From NCBI GenBank assembly GCA_026395435.1, contig JAPLYT010000006.1:31587-95586 (forward strand): a stretch of DNA of 64,000 nt, written 5' to 3'. The position numbers were made by a program, and so were the translations under genes. How positions within the stretch are numbered: the first letter of the stretch is position 1; each line of letters starts with the position of its first letter. This document shows positions 58,765-64,000 of this stretch, one piece after another. The stretch is from Candidatus Saccharimonadota bacterium. GTDB lineage: Bacteria; Patescibacteriota; Saccharimonadia; Saccharimonadales; AWTP1-31. A model generated the notes under the pieces. That model saw only the letters and a program-made list of their open reading frames with translations. It had not been told where the DNA came from and ran no database searches.

Positions 58765-60450
58765 ATGGTACAAGTAAGCTTATCTTCAAGCGACGATGTC
58801 TCATTATCGCCCAAACTTGTCACTCCAGCTGCACTAGGGGTGGTTATTTTGCTGCTCATAAATTTCTTCACAAAACAGACTTTCAACTCCAATCGAACCG
58901 TGGTTCTGAGTATTGCTGTGGCACTTACCCTGTTCGCTTTTAGCCACTTTATCCCTCACCTGAAATTCGGGAAAGCCCATGCCTTCTATTTGTACTCCTA
59001 CCATTGGATTCTGGCTGGATTGCTTATTTTCATCGTTCCAGTGTTGTCCTACTATCTATATCTCTGGGTAATGCTCATTTGTATGGCTGAGTTTTTCTAT
59101 CAGGCGAAGGGCACCATTATCAGCGGTACGGCCCTATTAGCTACGATGTTGCTCGGGACGCTTTATCAATATAATGGCATCACCAAAGATTTACTCTTCA
59201 AGATAATCCCTGAATTTTCCCTCATACTTGTCGTTAACCTCATCCTTACGAGGCTTGTGTTTGGCAATCGTCAATCTCGAAAAGTGTTATCCGAAAAAAT
59301 CGTCCGAGCTGAGTATGAGCACGGCAGGTTGCTCGCGCTCATCAACTCCATGAGTGATGCGGTGGTTGCTGTAAATGACGAAGGGAAGATCACTACCTAC
59401 AACGCGGCAGTGCTCGATCTGCTCGACACAAACAAAACGCTTTCCGATACCCTCATCGATGACGTTCTGCTGCTGCAAGATGCCAAAGGCGAGTCTGTGT
59501 TGCCGTTTGAGCTTGCTAAAAACACCAAGCATATTAAGAAAACGTCAGACTACCACATCCCGCTCGATCGTAACGACCATGTTGATCTCGATATCAATAT
59601 AAGTCGGATCGGAACTTCTGGTCTGCTCGCAAAACAGCAAGGGTACATCATTTTGCTCCGTGATATCACCAAAGAAAAATCCTTAGACGAAGAGAGGGAT
59701 CTGTTTATTTCTGAAGTTAGCCACGAACTTCGCACGCCTATCACGATTGCCGAAGGTGAATTATCGATGGCCGTTATGCTGGCAGAGAAACCAGAAACGG
59801 ATGCCAAAGCCATCAAAGAGTCAGTGGTGCGCGGTCATGATCAAATAGTATTCTTAGCTGATATGGTAAATGATCTCTCGGCGCTATCTCGAGCTCAGAG
59901 AGATGACATCCAGATAGATGTCGAAACTTTCAAGATAGAGGACGTCATGAATGAAATCCTGACCACCTACAAACCACAAGCCGAAAAACGAGGCCTATGG
60001 CTCAAACTCGAAATGGCCCCAACACTGCCCGAAATTGCCACATCTCGACTATACTTCCGTGAGATACTCCAGAACTTTGTAACCAATGCCATCAAATATA
60101 CCGATCACGGTGGGGTCATCATCAAATGCCAAGCAGTCGATCGAGATAATGTCATCATTGATGTCATCGATACTGGTGCCGGCATTGCCAAGACTGAGCA
60201 ATCAAAAGTGTACGACAAATTTTGGCGATCCGAAGATCCCTACACTCGCTCAACAAGCGGTACCGGGCTGGGATTGTTCATTACAGCCAAATTAGCACAT
60301 CGAATTGGCGGAACACTTCGCCTGACGTCTAAGCTCAAAGAAGGCTCCACGTTCTCTCTGCTGTTGCCCGTCAAAGCAAAGCGCTCAAAAGACAAAGTAA
60401 ACTTCGTGAAGAGCGAACTGGCGCTATTGCTCGACAAGAATGATAGCTGA
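58765..60450 (+). CDS. Multi-TM PAS sensor histidine kinase
   Basis: SMSDAVV..N PAS, RDIT, SHELRTP, NAIKYT, DTGAGI, GTGLGL. Confidence 0.93.
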   Translation: MVQVSLSSSDDVSLSPKLVTPAALGVVILLLINFFTKQTFNSNRTVVLSIAVALTLFAFSHFIPHLKFGKAHAFYLYSYHWILAGLLIFIVPVLSYYLYLWVMLICMAEFFYQAKGTIISGTALLATMLLGTLYQYNGITKDLLFKIIPEFSLILVVNLILTRLVFGNRQSRKVLSEKIVRAEYEHGRLLALINSMSDAVVAVNDEGKITTYNAAVLDLLDTNKTLSDTLIDDVLLLQDAKGESVLPFELAKNTKHIKKTSDYHIPLDRNDHVDLDINISRIGTSGLLAKQQGYIILLRDITKEKSLDEERDLFISEVSHELRTPITIAEGELSMAVMLAEKPETDAKAIKESVVRGHDQIVFLADMVNDLSALSRAQRDDIQIDVETFKIEDVMNEILTTYKPQAEKRGLWLKLEMAPTLPEIATSRLYFREILQNFVTNAIKYTDHGGVIIKCQAVDRDNVIIDVIDTGAGIAKTEQSKVYDKFWRSEDPYTRSTSGTGLGLFITAKLAHRIGGTLRLTSKLKEGSTFSLLLPVKAKRSKDKVNFVKSELALLLDKNDS

Positions 60451-60480
60451 TCAATCTTTAGATGTGGTACAGTTTGTTTC

Positions 60481-61746
60481 ATGACCAAACTGCGATCGTT
60501 TAATGACATAGATATCGTTCTCAAGGATTTCATCCCGCCTATGCGGTCATTCCGTTCAGTTTATACGCTTGATACTATGCGTGCACTTATGCTTGCTCTT
60601 GGTAATCCGCAAAACTCCTACAAGACCATTCACGTTGCAGGTACTTCCGGTAAAACGTCCACATCATATTACATCGCGGCGCTACTTGGGCAAACCGGCA
60701 AGAAGATCGGGCTGAGTGTTTCGCCACATGTAGACAACGTAAATGAGCGGGTGCAGATCGACCTCGTTCCCCTTGATGAGCACGAATATTGCCAGCAGTT
60801 TTCAACGTTCCTACAAATCATTAACAAGTTACGCATTAAGCCTACCTACTTTGAACTTCTCATTGCCTTTGCGTTTTGGCAATTTGCACAAGAGAAGGTA
60901 GATTATGCCGTCATCGAAGTTGGGCTTGGTGGCCTACTCGACGGCACGAATGTGATTGAACGATCCGACAAAGTGTGCGTCATCGCAGATATTGGCCTCG
61001 ACCATGTGGCGGTGCTCGGGAACTCACTGGCAGGTATCGCAGCCCAAAAAGCCGGCATCACCGGAGCAGAGAACCCAGTATTTTGTTTTTCCCAATCAAA
61101 AGAAATCGATCGTTCAATCAAAGAGATTGTTTTGGCACGAGGAGGTGAGCTCCATATGCAACAATATTCAGGGGGCTCGCAAAACAGTAGCGTATTGCCA
61201 CTCTTTCAGCAGCGAAACTTTTCGCTTGCCTATCTCGCTTTCCAGTATATATGCGTCCGCGACAATCTCACGGCTCTCACGGTAGATCAAGAAGTGAGCG
61301 CCATTAGAACCTATATACCGGGGCGGATTGAGGTTACGCAAGTCCACGGTAAAACGTTGGTGCTCGATGCTGCCCATAACGCACAGAAAATGGAAGCGCT
61401 CGTAACGAGCCTGGTACAAAAATATCCGGGGAAGAAATTTGCGGTGCTGTTTGCGCTGATGAAAAGCAATGATGCCAAAGTCCACGATGTCCTCTCACTA
61501 CTTCAGCCGATAACCAGGCACCTGATTATTACTGATTTTGTAGCCCGACAAGATTTACGTAAGCATTCTTCGTCTCCTGATTATCTTGCATTGGAGGCAA
61601 AAAGCCTCGGAATTCCTCATGTACAAATCATCTTTGATACCGATGCGGCCTACCAAACACTGATTAAGCTTCCAGAAGACCACATGCTTATTACCGGATC
61701 GTTCTATCTTCTTCACGATATTCACGCTAAAATTATAGCTAGATGA
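60481..61746 (+). CDS. folC: Folylpolyglutamate synthase
   Basis: IHVAGTSGKTST, SPH, NER, EVGLGGLLDGTN, DAAHN, TGSFY. Confidence 0.92.
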   Translation: MTKLRSFNDIDIVLKDFIPPMRSFRSVYTLDTMRALMLALGNPQNSYKTIHVAGTSGKTSTSYYIAALLGQTGKKIGLSVSPHVDNVNERVQIDLVPLDEHEYCQQFSTFLQIINKLRIKPTYFELLIAFAFWQFAQEKVDYAVIEVGLGGLLDGTNVIERSDKVCVIADIGLDHVAVLGNSLAGIAAQKAGITGAENPVFCFSQSKEIDRSIKEIVLARGGELHMQQYSGGSQNSSVLPLFQQRNFSLAYLAFQYICVRDNLTALTVDQEVSAIRTYIPGRIEVTQVHGKTLVLDAAHNAQKMEALVTSLVQKYPGKKFAVLFALMKSNDAKVHDVLSLLQPITRHLIITDFVARQDLRKHSSSPDYLALEAKSLGIPHVQIIFDTDAAYQTLIKLPEDHMLITGSFYLLHDIHAKIIAR

Positions 61747-62216
61747 TTCGATTTATTGCAGCCATTGATGCCGAACGCGGAATTGCCAATGACCATGGTA
61801 TTCCATGGAGGGGAAAAATCCCTGGCGACATTGCTCATTTCCGTGCATCCACATTGCATAGCACTATAATGATGGGCTATGGCTGGTACAACGAACAGAT
61901 CAAGCCACTTCCTGAGCGTAAAAATCTTGTTGCTACATCGCAACCCGTGTCACTTCGTCCTGGGTTTGAAAAAATCATTGACGCCCGCGAATTCCTCGAA
62001 CATGCTAAGGACGACATTTGGGTTGGTGGCGGAGCAGGACTTTTCGCCAGTACTCTAGACCTAGCCCACGAGCTTCACTTGACCATCCTCGAAACCAGCT
62101 TTCAATGCACCAAGTTTTTTCCCGAATACAGCGACGCTTTTATACAAACAAAAACCTCGGAGCCCATCACCGAGAACGGCATCACCTACCGCATCACCGT
62201 CTGGAAACGAAAGTAA
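61743..62216 (+). CDS. folA: Dihydrofolate reductase
   Basis: IAAID...GI...IPW, DIAHF, PLPERKNLV, VGGGA, FFP; ATGA overlap with folC. Confidence 0.88.
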   Translation: MIRFIAAIDAERGIANDHGIPWRGKIPGDIAHFRASTLHSTIMMGYGWYNEQIKPLPERKNLVATSQPVSLRPGFEKIIDAREFLEHAKDDIWVGGGAGLFASTLDLAHELHLTILETSFQCTKFFPEYSDAFIQTKTSEPITENGITYRITVWKRK

Positions 62217-62221
62217 AAATA

Positions 62222-62250
62222 TTGTCAGAACAGGGGTAATGTGGTAAGAT
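62222..62250 (+). promoter_or_regulatory. Sigma70-type promoter for the tRNA-Lys locus
   Basis: TTGTCA-N17-TAAGAT with TG extension. Confidence 0.6.
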
Positions 62251-62266
62251 CTTTAGGTTACTTTTC

Positions 62267-62332
62267 GGGCCAGTAGCTCAGCTGCCCGAGGCATATATGC
62301 CGAGAAGAATAATAGCACCAGTGCTCTAAGCA
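62267..62332 (+). pseudogene. Degenerate 5' copy of tRNA-Lys
   Basis: GGGCCAGTAGCTCAGCTG (62267-62284) equals the tRNA 5' 18 nt; followed by palindrome GGCATATATGCC and AGCACCAGTGCTCTAAGCA, which resembles AGCACCTGCCTCTTAAGCA. Confidence 0.65.
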
Positions 62333-62346
62333 AATTTACCACTAAG

Positions 62347-64000
62347 CTATATTTTGAGTAGTACCTTCCAATCTAAAACAATTAAGGGCCAGTAGCTCAG
62401 CTGGTTAGAGCACCTGCCTCTTAAGCAGGGTGTCCGGGGTTCGAGTCCCCGCTGGCCCTCCACGTTACCCAAAGGTAACATTTTGATTCTGAAGATTTCA
62501 CTCAACCCTGTTATTTGACCATTATTTTGGGTTCCAAAAATTAAATCATCATAGGTTGGCGCCTTGTTGAACAATACGCTAAGAAAGTTAGCTTGTTTAA
62601 GAGGGTCTATCTGTTTTAGGAGCAGATAATCTAGGTGTTCCAAAAAGTATCTAATGTACTTCATAACGACACCCATATCGGCTGGTTTTTCCTGAATCTC
62701 AGTCTGCTTTTGATGAGTTAGGGTCTTTATTTCTTCCTCGGTTTTCATGATCTCCTCCTCCATGTATTTAATGGTTGTTTCCGAACTTAGATACTTAATC
62801 TTGTCCATAGCCATAGAGGCTTCCATCTTTAATGCTTGTATACGTGTTTCGATAACATTTTGATCCCTTCTATCTATTAATTGTCTCTTCTCCCACTCTT
62901 TCAGTACTGCTTTCTCCAAGGCCTCTACGTACTCTGGCTGTACTTGTACTGCCTTCACAAAGCGTTCAACAGTGGCATCAAACTCTTTCTTGGGGATACG
63001 GCAGTAGTGACCAGGCCTCACACAGTGATAGGCCGGATAGTACTTGCCCAATTTCCCACGCGATGCACTGCCGGAGAGTGGCTTACTACAACCAGAGCAC
63101 ATAACTACCTTCTTATATGGGAAATCAGGGTTGATGACCCGCTTCTTCTTCTGAAATTCAGGAATGGCTCGCTTAAAGATAGTCAGCTCGCCGTCAACCT
63201 CGCTGATGGCGATTTTCCCTCGATTGGCCTTATTGAACGTCTCGATAGACACAAGCCCGTCGAATTTGCATTTTAACGGTTTATAATTCGTCCATTTCTC
63301 ACTGTTAACCCCAGCGTAAATGGGGTTTTCTAGAGTTCGGCACAGGCCTTTGATGTCTAATTTAATACCGCCTTTTCGGGCAATTACCTTTGTGCGATCA
63401 ACTTTATCTCGAATCACGTCTACTCTAGTGCGAAAACCCAGCTTATTAATATGATCGACGATCTGATGGTCGTTCAATAGCCCACTACACCTTAGCTCAA
63501 ACATCTTCAAGACGAACTCGCTTTCAGTGGTTAGCGGTCGAAGTACCATTCGTTTACCGTTCTGAGTGTCTAGTGGCTCGCTCATGAAGCCGTAAGGCGG
63601 TCTTCGCATCCAGTAACCCATTCGGGTATAACGGATCTCAGCGCCGATCATACGGCTCATAATGTCGCGCATCTCGTCTTTAGCACGTTCCGCCTCTAAC
63701 ATCTCAGTTTTCTTTGAAGGCGAGAACACACTCCACTTGTACTCAAAGCCGACATGTTCGAGTGTGTTTACCTTTTGGTCACTAATAACCCCGTATATAT
63801 CCACCAATCCAACACCACAGTTGTCCAGCTGCATTTTTAAAAAGTCATAGAAGTACGAGCCACCTCTAGTAAAACGATCTATAGACTTAATAATAAGCGT
63901 CTGGACATTATTCTTTGGATCTTTACAGTAATCTATCGCCTCCTGCATCGGTTGCTGATCTTTCGATGCCGACTCAAGAAAAACAAAATACTTTTTGATA
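62347..64000 (-). CDS. Large serine recombinase/integrase, N-terminus beyond the right edge
   Basis: Frame open to the edge (IKKYFVFLESASKDQQPMQE); SIDRFTR, PPYGF, NPIYAG, CSGC...YHC zinc ribbon, coiled coil. Confidence 0.9.
   Translation of the reverse strand, partial: IKKYFVFLESASKDQQPMQEAIDYCKDPKNNVQTLIIKSIDRFTRGGSYFYDFLKMQLDNCGVGLVDIYGVISDQKVNTLEHVGFEYKWSVFSPSKKTEMLEAERAKDEMRDIMSRMIGAEIRYTRMGYWMRRPPYGFMSEPLDTQNGKRMVLRPLTTESEFVLKMFELRCSGLLNDHQIVDHINKLGFRTRVDVIRDKVDRTKVIARKGGIKLDIKGLCRTLENPIYAGVNSEKWTNYKPLKCKFDGLVSIETFNKANRGKIAISEVDGELTIFKRAIPEFQKKKRVINPDFPYKKVVMCSGCSKPLSGSASRGKLGKYYPAYHCVRPGHYCRIPKKEFDATVERFVKAVQVQPEYVEALEKAVLKEWEKRQLIDRRDQNVIETRIQALKMEASMAMDKIKYLSSETTIKYMEEEIMKTEEEIKTLTHQKQTEIQEKPADMGVVMKYIRYFLEHLDYLLLKQIDPLKQANFLSVLFNKAPTYDDLIFGTQNNGQITGLSEIFRIKMLPLGNVEGQRGLEPRTPCLRGRCSNQLSYWPLIVLDWKVLLKI
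62386..62462 (+). tRNA. tRNA-Lys(CUU)
   Basis: GGGCCAG/CTGGCCC acceptor, CCTGC-CTCTTAA-GCAGG anticodon arm, GTTCGAGT T-loop, encoded CCA. Confidence 0.97.

Overview
Bacterial chromosome segment, most likely Candidatus Saccharibacteria (TM7/Patescibacteria). This is inferred from the compact gene set, the HTH-fused MurA, the apparent leaderless promoters and the many large secreted proteins. TGA is used as a stop codon. The housekeeping backbone is tgt, tilS, ftsH, murJ, lepA, bcp, gmk, hrcA-grpE-dnaK-dnaJ with CIRCE boxes, murA, glyA, murB, folC-folA, tRNA-Arg(UCG) and tRNA-Lys(CUU). It is interrupted by several cell-surface islands. (1) 0.5-10.4 kb: a tatAC pair with a free-standing Tat-signal-like peptide (SRKEFL), signal-less phage-fibre-like proteins and a WxL/DUF916-like cluster. 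(2) A 2178-aa GLUG/FN3 histidine kinase with split topology. (3) A dockerin / cohesin+dockerin / cohesin+TM trio plus a GH114, inside the heat-shock operon; its geometry suggests a self-polymerising filament. (4) A CE4 deacetylase - GH10 - 56-aa LPNTG micro-protein (missed by the ORF track) - sortase - processive GT2 cluster. (5) Structured repeats derived from the tRNA-Arg 3' end bracketing an AT-rich gene, and a large serine recombinase that reads antisense through tRNA-Lys next to a degenerate tRNA copy. Several long intergenic hairpin families also occur. All assignments come from by-eye motif recognition; no database searches were run.
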